Of a DNA stretch of 64,000 nt, positions 50,130 to 63,416 are shown piece by piece (the stretch's first letter is position 1; each line of letters opens with the position of its first letter). Both the position numbers and the translations under genes were made by a program. This DNA comes from Octopus vulgaris (taxonomy: Eukaryota), in the NCBI GenBank assembly GCA_951406725.2, contig OX597823.1, positions 44,330,001 through 44,394,000 on the forward strand, in the 5' to 3' direction. The notes below the pieces were generated by a model that saw nothing but the letters and a program-made list of their open reading frames with translations, was not told the origin of the DNA and ran no database searches.

Positions 50130-51590
50130 AATTATAACCTAAAAACATACAGAAATCCACCGTTTAACTCGGCTCTCGCGAACTTTTAAAAAGATTCTAT
50201 GAACATGGCTAAACAAATAAAAGTTTTCCAGATACACAAATCCCTTTCAGAAAATCATCTCCAGATTTGCACATCCTATCTGATAAGACCGGAAATATTT
50301 ATACTGTACCGCCGAGCCTTTATAATGACTTAATCTTGAAAGAGCTTAATTTTCTGGATATAAATGTGTAAACAAGAATGTTTTGGATGATAATAATATT
50401 CATCTGGATATCAGCTCTAGTTTGGGCTTGCTGGATAGAACCCAACCTTATGCTCCCAAAACTCCCCATTGTTTTTTGAAGGACGATAAGCCTGATTTTT
50501 TTTATCAAATCCTTCGATTAGATTAATCTGCCCAACCAAGTCCGATTTGGTCAGAATCAGTAAGTATATTATTGATCGGATTATTTCCATCGTTAGTTTC
50601 AGTTTCCCCTATGGAACTTTACCGGGATGTCATTTTATGGTTTGACTCTCTTACTGATAAGCCTAATTTATACTTTATCCAATTCGATATTTCGAATTAT
50701 TACAACTCCACTTCCCCTATATTGCTAAATAAGGCTTTGATTTTCGCTCAGAAATTTGCAAATATCCATAGTTCGGATATTGATGTCATTTTAGCGGCAA
50801 GGGAGACCCGCATTTCCTTCAACGAGCGTAATTGGAGGAGGGCTGATTCCACCAATTTCTTTGATACTATGGGGTCCTCAGATTCAACACAGGTGACCGA
50901 TTTAGTGGGCCTATATCTCCTTTCGCAGATTAGGGATAGTTTTCCTCTCCTTACCGGGGAATTATATAGGGACGATGCACTTCTAGCTGCACGTGGCCAG
51001 TCTAAAACTGCGTTGAATAGACTGAAGAACGCTTTGAGAAGTTTCTTAAAAGATTTTTTAGAATCTTAACATTATTTTTGATGTTAACTCCAGAGTGGTG
51101 AATTTCTTGGATGTGACTTTGAATTTGGATACTGGTTTATACTACCCATTTCGTAAGCCAAATAAATCCATTTCATATATCAATGTCTCCTCAAATCATC
51201 TGAAATCTACTATTGATAGCATCATTACTGCCATTTCGATCAGAATCTCCAATTTGTCCGCAAACGAAGAGATTTTTTATCAACATGCACAAGTATATAA
51301 CAACGCTCTAAAGTTGAGCGGCTTCAAAACTAAAATCTCACATATACCTAACACGAGACTTAAGAACAAGCTGGCTGGTCTAGCACTTGACCATGTCATA
51401 GAAAGTCTTGAGAAACGCAATGCATTAATTGATTACTACAAATGTAGGCCATCCGCTAGATACTTATATAGAGATTTTAGGAATAGATACTGGAAGCGAA
51501 ATAGTAGTCGTGAGGAGATAAGAAAGACTAAGAGTTTACGTTCAAGAATACAGGAAGTTATCTGGTTTGCTCCCCACCTTTTCCCTTAGA
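50130..51590 (+). mobile_element. Decayed Penelope-like element, reverse transcriptase
   Basis: ORFs 50572..51069 and 51095..51589: FIQFDISNYY, MGSSDSTQVTDLVGLYLL, LYRDDALL, VNFLDVTLNL, YPFRKPN, SSNH; SDKTGNIY upstream. Confidence 0.92.
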
Positions 51591-51950
51591 GTAAGAAATC
51601 TGGACAAGACAAAAAGCAAATGGAAACAGAAAAGAAGTCCTCAAATGTGCCACCCTGTACAAACCTTTTTTTCCTATACGACATAAAAATTAAACGAATT
51701 AAAAGAAAAGCAAGATTTTAATAAAGGCTAATTTCATCAGTGTATTTTTGATGACATAATTCCTCACAAAACTGAATTTTACAATTTCTTGTATTCCGCA
51801 CAAAATAAAAAGCAAAAGGAAACAAATATTGCATCTTAAGCAATGTACACAAATATGCTATGTTAATTTGTTCAGGGCCACTGAATAAATTTGAAATTTG
51901 CTTGCCCCAGTTGTTGTCATTGTAGGACACATTTTGCATGCATGCACGTT

Positions 51951-52013
<63 letters not shown>

Positions 52014-52340
52014 ACACTCACATACACGCACACGGGACTAAACCGACTTTATCAATTTACTTACATTACATATATAAGACCTTTTAACACGCAGATGTCC
52101 AATTTCGTTCAAATTCATACATGGTTACTACCATTACAAAGACAGTTTGTAAAAAGCTTTGTAGGAAAAGCATCCATAGCTTTGGAAAACATTCATTGAA
52201 TATCTGTCCAAAAAATGAAAAAAAAATTTTCAGTCTTTGTTTTCTCTTTATATGCATAATATGTATGCATATTTTGTGTGTCTAACCCAAGAGGTTTTAT
52301 TTGTTTATTTGTATCATTATCTCTTGTTCTCTCCCCACCA

Positions 52341-52373
<33 letters not shown>

Positions 52374-52806
52374 TTATGGATCAAAACAGTTTGATTCAAA
52401 CTCCTTGGTACTTCGAGTTTCAAAGCATGATGGTAATCTTTAGCCGTTGGAAATATGAATGAGAGCTCAGTTGGAGAAAGTCAGTGGTTATTACCGGACG
52501 GTGGCCAGCAACTAACTAGTCGAGAAAGCTCTGCGTGCTTTATCTTCGATTCTATGGCAACAGTCCGGATACTTATTGATCACACCTCATATGTGTGTGT
52601 ATGTGCTTATGCATCTGTGTGTGTGCCTGTATTAATGCGAGTTCATATATGTGAGCATAGGTGTACATGCGCACATACACACACACACACACGCGCACAC
52701 GGACACACACAAGTATATATGAGTGTATACGTGTGTGCGCGCGCGTATCCGCGCATATATACATATGTATATATATACATATATGTATGTATATATATTT
52801 TATATA

Positions 52807-53205
52807 TCTTTATATATAAAAGAGAGGTTGTGTGCTGTCTGTCTCCTACGATTTAGATTCCTAACTACTCCCACATTTTGCGGTGCAGTTTAGCCAAAAC
52901 CGGGTATCTTATAGTCGTGATTCATATCGAGCCCTTCTGGATATTAGCGCGCGTCTACGATGAGTCTACGATTTAAAAAAAAATTTACCATCAATTTTCC
53001 CCATTTTTAATGCATTTTTGGCATATATAAAGGGAAGTAACTCTCTAAAAATTTATTATTAAATCTCAGAACGTAAAAAGCTACAGTAACACCACCCCCC
53101 TTTGTGGTTAGCCATATTGAGATGGCTATTATACTTTACATCTCTAAAAATGCTTATATAGTTATTTCCCTTACAAACCCGAGCAACGCCGGGCGATACT
53201 ACTAG
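52807..53205 (+). mobile_element. Non-autonomous Helitron (same family)
   Basis: A|TCTTTATATATAAAA ... CCCGAGCAACGCCGGGCGATACTACTAG|T inside a TA-rich tract. Confidence 0.88.
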
Positions 53206-53649
53206 TATATATATATATATATATATATACATATATATATACATACATACACACATAAACACACACACGAATATATATGCGTACGTGTGTATGCATACTA
53301 GTATGTATATATGTGTGCATGCATACGGTGTGCGGATGTACACGCACACGTATGTATATGTGCTGGTGTGTGCATTTGCATCCATGCGTGTGTGTGCATG
53401 TACACATAGGCGTACACACATACATGCATATATACATATATATACATACACACTCATACACACACATACACACACACACGCATATATATATATATATATA
53501 TATACATAGATATATACATATACATACAAACATATATACACATAATATACACACACACACTTACATACGCACCCACACACTCAGGGTACCCATCCACTCG
53601 TGCGCGCATGTATATATACACGTGTCGTTATGTACAAGGGGTGAGACTA

Positions 53650-55310
53650 TGCGGGTGGACAGGCATGAACAAGCGTTAGAGATTGGTGATTGTTGGTCCT
53701 GCACATGGGAGGTGGGGGGGTAGTTGGTGCCGGTGACCTTGGTGCAGGCGGTACAGGGGAACACCTGGTACTAAGGCGGTATATCCAGGTTGTCGGTGGC
53801 CAGTGGCTTGAAATTTATTAGAAAAGCATACTTCTAGTGACAGAAATAGGATAGATCGTATTTCTTGTTGATACTGCGGGTTGATGGAGGATGTGTAGTT
53901 TTTCGCGGAAGCAGAGCTGGAAATTGGGGGTGCCAGGTAAATATGGTGGAGCCATGTCGACGATAGTCTACCTGATGCTGGGTGTTTCCTCTCGGAGGTC
54001 GTGAAGTCTCCAGAGAAAGCACGACAGGGCAGTAGACTTTTCTCTATCCCTGGATCTGAGTGAATGCATGTGTTAGGAGTATCTTCCCTTGAAGTCATTG
54101 GCTGTCATACCCGTATAGTGCCTAGTGATACCATCGGATGGTGTGAGGGTGGCCTTGGGCAGGATCCTCCTAAGAGAAGGTGGTGGGGTTTCGGAAGTTG
54201 CCGGTTAGGGTTGGGGGTTGTGTGTGTGTCTGTTGATTGTGCGATGCTAGATGCGATGTTGTCTAAGTGGGAGTGGCTCACCTTGACATTATGGGGGTTG
54301 AAGAGTTTGTAAGACATATGGCCTCTGGGGAATGTTTCTTAATTAACGACAGGAAGCCCCTAGCTACGTTGGTAGAAACTTCTAGGTTAAATAGGGGTGG
54401 GGGTTAAACCAAATAATTTTACTTTTCTTAATCCTAATTCTCTTGGGGTGAGGTGAGGGGGTTTGGAGTTCGTCCACATACGTGAGCTTGTCAGAAAGAC
54501 TGCTCCTAGCCAAAGCATTAAAAATCTCCCTGTTGGCTGAGAATGTAGATACCATTTTGTTAATGTCTGAAAACAGGTTTCTAATTACAGCGGGGATGGG
54601 GTGGTTTGAGTTCTTGTGGATGTATATCGTTTCCTCCTTAGCCTTCCTATACGGGTAGTACTTGCCCGTGTTCAGGTATCAGGTTACGTTCAAGAAATCG
54701 ACCGTAGTCAGGTTGGTTGTAACTGTTATGGACAGGCCGAGCTCTTTGAATATTTTTAACAAGCCCTTCTTGAACCTGTTCATGGCGTGGCCGTTCAGCT
54801 GACTTGAGATTGCCAGGCCGCCATCCCTTTAGAGGGCCGACCTAGGTGGATGGGTTTCCCTTGTTGGTATCCAAAATGTATAACTCGACGGGGTCGGCGA
54901 TTTCAGCTCCGTCAAAGTTCCCCATAGAGACATCGAGCAGTAGATCGCCTTCTTTCTCCACCCAAAAGGAATCGTCGTGGACTTTCTGGCATTCATGATG
55001 ATTCTGATGTCAAGGTCACATGCTGGTAAGTTGCTCGGCAAAAGTTAGGGCCTTCGGTGGGACGGACTTAAATATGGAAGGGTAGAAGTCAACAATGTTC
55101 AACTGGGTGAATTTGCATGCTGATTTATTCCCGATATGCGGAACCAGTCGATCACAGCTGCACTGGAGTTCCATTGAGTCAACCCTGTAGTCCTTCTGAT
55201 GTCGGAGTTGATAGCATCGAGAATATGTTGCTAACGATATCTATTTCGCTTTTAAATGGATTGATCAGCTTGCATTTGGAATTGGAGAGGAAATTAGGCT
55301 TATGGTCCAT
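53650..55310 (-). mobile_element. Decayed Penelope-like element: RT plus GIY-YIG endonuclease remnant
   Basis: KLINPFKSEI, TVDFLNVT, YYPYRK, YIHKNSNHP, KIIWFNP and LFNPHNVKVSHS; endonuclease-like HYTGMTANDFKGRYS*HMHSFR near 54060-54120. Confidence 0.88.
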
Positions 55311-55314
55311 ATAA

Positions 55315-55356
<42 letters not shown>

Positions 55357-55484
55357 ACACACACACGCACACAATAAATATATTTTAAAAATTAAGGATA
55401 AAATCTACTTTAGATTTCATCAGGTAGTTAGCGTGGCGTTTTCTTCTGGCGCGTAGGCGACTTGTATACGTACTCGTTTGCCCT

Positions 55485-55547
<63 letters not shown>

Positions 55548-55549
<2 letters not shown>

Positions 55550-55771
55550 GGAGTAAACACATAAATGTGAAACAAGGTGAAAAAAAGAGTACTCACATAC
55601 CAGGGGTAGAGTAATATGCTTTATTTCAAAGCAGCAGAAATTCAACAAAACCTGTTACTCTGAGTTTCACGTTCCCGTTCGTCGGACAGTTTTTGCTAAA
55701 AACTGTCCGACGAACGGGAACGTGAAACTCAGAGTAACAGGTTTGTTGAATTTCTGCTGCTTTGAAATAAA

Positions 55772-55776
<5 letters not shown>
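55548..55776. mobile_element. Foldback element (~80-bp arms, 3-nt loop, ~67-nt tail) in (TA)n
   Basis: 55615-55694 is the reverse complement of 55698-55776. Confidence 0.88.
55703..55740 (+). ncRNA. Minimal variant type-I hammerhead with CCGACGA core (mirror copy 55652-55689 on -)
   Basis: CTGT-CCGACGA-ACG ggaa CGT-GAA-ACTCAGAGT-A-ACAG; GUA site after 55736. Confidence 0.72.
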
Positions 55777-55830
<54 letters not shown>

Positions 55831-56109
55831 TGTAGTTATGTGTATATCAATGAAAAGGAATTTCTCTGCACTCAGTATCACGTATGCGACAAAACTCTTC
55901 TAGCTCTCGCTTTGTACTCTTTCCTAACGTTTTCTAGCTCAAAACCACGTGCATCCTTAAATTTGGATGGAATAAAAGAAGCAATATTATGTACTACATT
56001 ATAAAGAGGGCCATGCTTAAATCGAGCCGTCTTTATAAAATTCAGGATACGTCGAAAGGTAGCCTGAATGAAATATTGTTGGATGCTGCTGCTATTGTTC
56101 CATAAAGGA

Positions 56110-57230
56110 AACAGCGAAACACGATAAAGATTTGGTATCCCAGACGTGATTGTATCTGATAATAGAACACAATTTCTGTCCAGTGAATTTTTTAAGTTTT
56201 GCGAAATGTTCACAGTAGAACATAACACGATAGCGCCTTACCATCCCAGATAAAATGGGCAGGTAGAACGTTTTGAGGAAATTTTTAAAAGAGCTTTGAA
56301 AAAAGCAAGCAAAGAAGTCACAGACGAAGTCGCTCTGCAGCAATTTCTAAGGGTATACAGGGTGACACTAAACCCCAGTACACTAGCAGAAAACTCACCA
56401 GCAGAACTAATGTTCGCGAGGAAGGTGAAATCAGTTTTTGATAAACTGTTACCGGGCAAGGAAAGAAACGTACCAGGAAAGACGATCCCAAAATTTTTCA
56501 AAATTGGTGATAAGGTGTACATGAGGTCGTATAAAAACGGAAAACGATTCTGGAAAAAGAAAAAAATTATAAGGAAAATAAGGAAAAATGATGTACGGAA
56601 TTAAAAGCAGAGGAGGTATTGAAAAAGACACAAACCAATTGAAGAAAGGATTCATAGAAAATGAACCAGACAGATTGGAAGAACCTATGGAATGACTGCA
56701 TGACACATTCCAGGTACCAACACCGTCACAGGTGGTTGAACCTACGCGTACGAGTGGAAGAAAGAGGAAGAACACAGAGTTCCTACAAATAAACGCCAAA
56801 AGAAAAAAAAAACATTAATTTGGGGGGAAAACGCTAAAAAGAGAGGAAAGGTGAGTAAAGTAAAATAAAATTACCCAAAGAGAAAAAAATTAAAAGGGGA
56901 GATGTAGTGAAAATGGTATACTCCTTCCCACGTGACAATGGTATGAAGCAGCCACTGTAAAGTCAGACAGCCAGTCGTTGTAGGAATTCAGTAGTAGTAG
57001 AGTCGCTGTACGAGTTCTCAGTTGGAGTCAGTGCCAGTTACGTGATGTATATGAGTTCGAGTTACCGTCAAGGTAGACGTTCAAAGTCGTTGTCCTGCGG
57101 AGCTATCAGCGATAGCACGTTAGACAGTCAAAGATAATAAGACGTGGAATACTGCCGTAACATAATAGTGGCGACAAGAACATTACAGTGCCGACAACAT
57201 ACAAGTGGACGAGGATCCACATTATAACAC
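56110..57230 (+). mobile_element. 3' part of a Gypsy element: integrase remnant, PPT and LTR
   Basis: FGIPDVIVSDNRTQF..EF, APYHPR*NGQVER and SPAELMFARK integrase motifs; PPT AAAAGGGGAGA at 56892-56902; LTR begins TGTAGTG at 56903. Confidence 0.88.
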
Positions 57231-57509
57231 TTATGGTTTTCTGGCACAAAGATTCAGTAAAAACATCACGCCATATTTGTGAAGCACTAGAATGTAGTGG
57301 TAATAGACGAAAATCTAGAGAAAATTACTCTGAATTTCAGAGTTGTAATAATTCTTCGCTGTTTTCCTAAGCTGAACACGAGATAATGCATCTGCTGCAG
57401 AATGTTTAGGGCCATTGGTATGATGTATATCCACAATAAATTGTGAAATATAATCAGAGTGTCTAATTTCCCGAGGAGAATATTTTTTTGTTTTGGATTG
57501 TAACTCATA

Positions 57510-57800
57510 ATTTAATAACGGCTTATAATCAGTATGAATGATAAAATTCTTCCTTCCAGGAAATGACGAAAATATTTTACTGACAAATGAACCGCCAGCA
57601 ATTCTCGTCCGAAGTAATGTATCTTGTTTCAGTAGACTTGAAACGCTTCAAAAACAAAAAGGGGGAAACTGGTTGTCAGGAATTCTGGACAAACTGTTGC
57701 ATTTCCACCAATTCCTACATTAGATGCATCTACCATTAAGGATAGTTGTGCATCTTGTATCGGATGGACTAGTAAGGTAACTTTAGTTAATTTTCTTCTA
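57510..57800 (-). mobile_element. Gypsy pol fragment (connection / RNase H)
   Basis: KLTKVTLLVHP..LSLMVDASNVGIGG, then ETRY and FIIHTDYKPL motifs in shifted frames. Confidence 0.75.
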
Positions 57801-58179
57801 TGTTGTAATACTGTAATTCTGTTGGAGTTAAGAAAATGGTCTCGTTTTACCATTTATGCTTACGTAGTAATCCAATTAATGTATATATGGTTTTCATACA
57901 GTGTGAGATAAACTGTCTATAGAAGTTAAATAAGGCCAAGGGACTCGCGCAATTTTCTTAATGATGTAGGACCAGGCATATTTACAGTAAAATCACAGCT
58001 ACTTTTTCCTTCAGCGGCCGGATTCCGTATTTATCAAAACGTAGCTTTTTACGAGGTCTGGTCGAGCGACTTCGTGAGGTCCTGCAGAAACAAGAATTTG
58101 AACGAGCAGAATAATCAGGTGAGCGCAGTTTTTCAAGTTTATCTGTCACAGCCTGAATGTTGTATTCTGTCGTCTTACG

Positions 58180-58670
58180 GATCGTTATTGCCTGATGGCT
58201 GTAGTCTTCTGAGAGATCATCTCGGAACTTCAGCCACAATGAGTTTGGATCATCCACTTCGCACATCTGTAGTAACACTGCAAACAGCACACGTAGACGG
58301 CTAGGGGATTGCAAAAGAGAAGCTTCTGATAATGGGCAAATCCACTGCGAGCCATTTTCAAGCAGACCATGTTTGAAGCATGCCTCCCTGTACGTGCTGC
58401 ACACATGACCAGACTGTTCGAAGATCTTCGAATGACTGCGGTCTCGTTACTTCGTGAAGCAGCAAACGGAGGTAATAGCATTCGTGGTAATTCGGGTGTA
58501 CTGTATAAACTCGTCCAAGGCAACTGTCGAACTTTAATTCCGGGATGCCCTGGTTGGCCTGCCTTTCTGCGAACCCATTTTTTCGTGGACCATGTGTAGT
58601 AGGAGGACATTTGAGGGTAGAGCAGCGTTTGAGCAGAAGGATCGTCCTGACATTGTTTGAAAAGTGTCAA
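58180..58670 (-). mobile_element. Autonomous Helitron RepHel fragment
   Basis: AQTLLYPQMSSYYTW..KKWVRRK, ECYYLRLLLHEV, SFEDLRT, TYREACFKHGLLEN, SPSRLRVLFAVLL..CEVDDPNSLW..FRDDLSEDY. Confidence 0.88.
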
Positions 58671-59399
58671 AATAGCCGTGTTTGTACTCAAAATGGCAAA
58701 TTGAGTAACTACAAAGGTAAGGCGCAAGTAAAAGGCGTTTACAGGAGAATGATTAAAGATATCGTAAGCACTTACCAACTCTCTGTGGTAAAATGTGAAA
58801 GATTCGCCTTGTGTAATAAAAGCTGAAAGTAGAAATCGTGTTGCCAAAAAGACTCCTCGAAATGACTGGCCTGTCGTAAACCCGATCACAAAGTGTCGTA
58901 ATAGGACAAAACCCGTCAGAGCGTTTGAACCAAGTGGTCAATTTTGTGAAAGAAGAGGTATGAGTGTGTACATGAGACTGCTTTATGTTGCAGTGAATTT
59001 CCAACGCTTGTTACAATTTCTGCCTCACGAATAACATGACTTATGGGTGCATATCGATTTCAATGTCACGGCAGATAATCAATACTTTACCTAGGTGTAA
59101 TGTATACGCTGAATAATTAGGCAATAGTCCAATGCATTCGAAAAATGTAAGTGTTATAATTGAAGCACCGAGAATTATTTTCAGTAATAAAAGCTAAGGG
59201 AGACCGGGTCTAGCTGTTACACTTTTCTTTTGTCTTGGCACCCACAAAAATGAATACAGCTGAATTTTCTTTTCAGATTTAATTGGTAAAACATATTTAT
59301 TTATTGTTATCACCAGCAAAAAACAGAAATTACATAACATTAATTAGACATGTTCTAACTAATGAGGTGGTGTCAGCTGTAACAATTTTTCCCGAATGC

Positions 59400-59710
59400 G
59401 GAGTACGTTGTGACACTTACCGGGATACTTTGTTACGACTGTCGATAACTCGGAATTATGGTAACCTGCAGAAACCTGACGAGTCAGTTCTCCAGTAGCC
59501 CGTAATATTTCGGAGGATTGTGTGTTGTCTGAAGCAGAAGTTGTAGAATGTCAAGAGGAAGACGAAGAAGCGATAACATTATCGGCAGATGGTGGTGTAC
59601 CAGAAAATTCCATAATCCTGTTTGCGGATGCGGCGAGTTGTTCAAGGGCCGTATGTTCCACCATAGGAGCTAAAATCGACTGGACATTGTTAACACATCG
59701 GACCCTCCAG
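59400..59710 (-). mobile_element. Gypsy gag fragment
   Basis: NVQSILAPMVEHTALEQLAASANRIME followed by a degraded C-x-YH knuckle region. Confidence 0.55.
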
Positions 59711-61019
59711 CTTTTCGTTCTGAGTTCAAGTTCTGCTGAGGTCAACTTTGTCTTTCATCCTTTTGGAGTTGTTAAATAAGTACCAAAGAAACACTTGTGT
59801 CAATATAATCGATTATCTCCATCCTCACCACAATTTCAGACTTTATGCCTTTAACGGAAAGAGTTATAATTTCTTCTGACTTTACGTTCTGAGTTCAAAT
59901 TCTACCTAGCTTAACTACATTTCATCCTTTCGGAGTCGATAAAATAAGTGCCAGCCAAGTACTACAATCGATGTAATTGACTAACTCTTCCTACCGCCAA
60001 ATTTCAGTCCTTGTGCCTATAGGTGAAAGAATTATTTTCATTGGCTTCAAATTTTGGCACAAGGCCAGCAATTTCGGGGGAGGGGCTAAGTCGATTAAAT
60101 CAGCGTCAGTGCTCAACTGGTAATTATTCTATTGATCTCAAAAGGATGAAAGGCAAAATCGACCCCAACGATATTTGAACCCAGAACGTAAAGATGGACG
60201 AAATACTGCTTAGCATTTTGCCCGGTGTGCTAATGATTCTGATAGCTCTCCGCCTTAAAGGATTATTATTATTATTGTAACTTGCGCAAAAACAAAGAAA
60301 AAGGTTATCGTTAATGCAGTTTTAATGTTGATGAATAACTGAATGGTTTTAAAAAATCAGTCTGTGGCCTTTTCAAGGAATGGTAAATCCATTATGTTGC
60401 AAACATACCATTTTAGCCAGTTCAAAAACTGGACATTATTCAATAGATATAGATAGAGGATTCTAAGAAGATTCAATAATTCTGGTCTTTTGTTTAAAAT
60501 TGCAAAAGGTTGTCTTTAGTTGTTATGCTTTTTCCGGAGACAAAGGTCAAGCATCCTGGAACGATTGATGCAGAAGTATGCATGTTCCATTAAAATTGTT
60601 TATATTATCATCCTTTAAACTCCAGATATATTTGGAGACTGTGTGGTGACACATCTTTCTGAATGTGTGCGTATGTTGTGAGAATTTTTGTGAAAAGAAT
60701 TTTCAGTAAGCCCAAGACAACTTTTTCTTTCGTTGACATTTGCAAAAGGAATGCACTCTTATGCATTACACCACTTCTATAACATTTAACTCAAACCTTA
60801 TATATGTTACAATTGAAAATTGCAATTTTTTCTATATGATTAACTATAATTGTTTCAACTATGAATAATAAACCTCTCCAAGAGCTGCTTCGCCTCACCA
60901 TTACATATGATTTCCATGCGGTGACTATCATGTACTCAATGTGAGATCATTATCCAATACCTTAATTACAGAAATTTTCTTTCTTCCAAAAGTAGATTTC
61001 AGGGCATTTGGCCAGATCA

Positions 61020-61760
61020 CAATAGAACCGAGCAATATTTACGAAGCAGTAATTCCAGTGGCCTAAGGACTCTATGAGTTTGTGCAAATTGGGCTTCTAT
61101 TACGCTCAGACATTTCAGAGATAGATTGATGACGTCATCAGAGGTTTACCCTTCGCCTATGCTTACCACGAAGATCTAAGTGTTACAAGCTCAACTAAGG
61201 AGAGCTCCTGGAAATCTTCTACTCGACTGGCCACTTAAAAGCAAAGCCATCCATCTCAGTGTGTATTTGGCGCACCAGCTCTGACTTTTCTTGGTCAAAT
61301 AGTTGACGAAGACGGTGTCATTTCATTGGAGGATAACTGCAAAAGTTGAGAGATTGTTTTGCCTTCATTAGTTTCTATGTCATTTCATTCCTAATTGTGT
61401 CAAAGTTGTACAATTGCTGATTGCTTTGTTCTGGAAGAGAAGGAAAGATCAACCAATCTACCTTTAAAATGAAAGTGATAGAGAACAAAGCTAAGTTTAC
61501 CTTTCTGGTTTATTCTGCTGCATAAGCATCACTATGCCATCGGACATTGAAGTGAAACATTGAAGTGGGACTGTCAATGCATTCCATCAGACATTGAATT
61601 GGGAGGAGTTTTACAATTGCTAGTGTATGAGATCTGTCAGACACTCTCCTATTGAGAGTTACTGACAGCTTGTATCAGCATCACATATCGCAAGGTCGCG
61701 TTTTGTGTCATTTACACAGATCATTAATCTTTAAGGTACTCCTTGAAATCTAGACCCGAT
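61020..61760 (+). mobile_element. Highly decayed Gypsy RT / RNase H fragment
   Basis: GLYEF, DDVIRGLPFAYAYHEDL (degenerate YLDD box) and LTFLGQIV motifs. Confidence 0.65.
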
Positions 61761-62389
61761 CACCATTCACCAAAAGAAATTCGATTATATCTCCAACGCC
61801 TTAGCATCGCCATCGTCAGCGGTAATGTCACGAGCGTGTTGGCTTGCTTCAATAGGTTCCGTAGAACCTTGTAATATACGACCAACTGAAGCACTGGTAT
61901 TGAATTGATGTTATTTCTTTCTTTTTCTTCCACCCCACCCCCCTTTATTTTCTTTCTTTCTTCCTCTTTTCTTTTTTTTTCTTTTTTTCTTACTTCATTC
62001 ATTTTTGTGTCTTCGATTTTCGATTTCTATTTTAATGTGGTTCTGAATTATATATGTATCATATATATACGTGTAATTATTAAATCTTATACTTGGTTTT
62101 TATAACTAAATCTAGTGTGTCTCCCAACATACAACTGACATCTGACGTATCAAAAGACGTGACAATATTTTTACTGATTTTGACTAGATTACAGCTGATC
62201 ATAATAATTATGAAAGGCAATGAGTTAAAGTGGAGTGTGCAGTTTGTGTGAACTAAACAAAGTGACCAATGTGTTTTCTGTAGTCGAAGGGGCAACCAAT
62301 TTGGTTACCATGCATGGTGGCCAAAATCTACGGTACGCCGCAAACGAAGAAATTCCTCTCCTATAACTCCCCAGTAAGTGCTCTAGCTA

Positions 62390-62640
62390 CAGTGGTGTAG
62401 CGAGAGTGTGTGCCGCCCGGGGCGGCCTTTCAGTTTTTCCGCACTCGAGCCCCCACAAAAGATACATATAGCACATTGTATTGAATTTAACGTTGAGTAG
62501 TTTCCTTGTCCCGAGATTAAAACCACTATTATTTGATTTCAATACAGCCTATACAGGCTTATAGCTTATAGCAGACCCCCACCCATAAAAGTGCCACCAG
62601 AGGCGGACCACCTCCTCCGCCCCATTTTAGCTACGCTAGT
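62390..62640. mobile_element. MITE with CAGTGGTGTAGC / GCTACGCTAGTG termini; inverted partial copy at 62853-63000
   Basis: Imperfect TIRs and GC-rich subterminal GCCGCCCGGG motifs; 62853-62945 resembles the reverse complement of 62560-62640. Confidence 0.6.
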
Positions 62641-63416
62641 GATTACTTTACTAAGCTGTATATATTTGATGTGATGTTTCTACCAAACATGAACGCTTTT
62701 TTATGTCTCAAATACATCATCAAGTGACTTCCAATGCATTCCATTGTTTGTCACCCACAGGTGCTATATTTACTCTGAAGTTGGTATTGGCATGCATCAT
62801 TTGGGCTATCATCAACGAGGACATTTAGTAGTGACCTAAGAATTACATCGCATCACTAGCGTATCTTGGTGGGTGGGGGGATAGAGGAGATCCATCCCGG
62901 GCGGCACTTTTAAAGGGGCACCACTTTTGGGTCTGCTGTAGGCAATATGCATTTTTTTTGTGGGGTCCGGGGGCAGAAAACAAAAGGGCTGCCCCGGGAG
63001 GTTCGCGAAAATTTTTCCCACGAAAGTTCCGGACCGCAGTAATAAACTTATTTACATACAGCCAATCAGAGCTCACCTTGATTTTGTTGTACACAAACAA
63101 CTACGCAGAGGCTGCCATGCAGATAACGAAGGATCAGATCCGTTCAGCTCTCGTCTAGGTATAACATGCGTGAATGTGTTAAAAACAACCAATCTGTAGT
63201 GGTAAAGGTGTAGCAAAAAATGTTGAGGTAGCAGATGAAATAGGCATGTGGACGATATTAAAGTAAAACAATGGGAAAGCATCGGATTGTGGTTTAAATA
63301 ATTTATTTAATCGATACTTGCATTAACTTGTATACACCAAAAAGTTCACTATATGACATTACCAACTTGCTTCGAGTTGGTAAAGTAGAAAATAAACAGG
63401 GGAAATACTGTGTCGA

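Noticed and set aside
55395-55435. Minus-strand CTGATGA followed by a hairpin
   Set aside because: No GAAA, stem III or matching stem I downstream.
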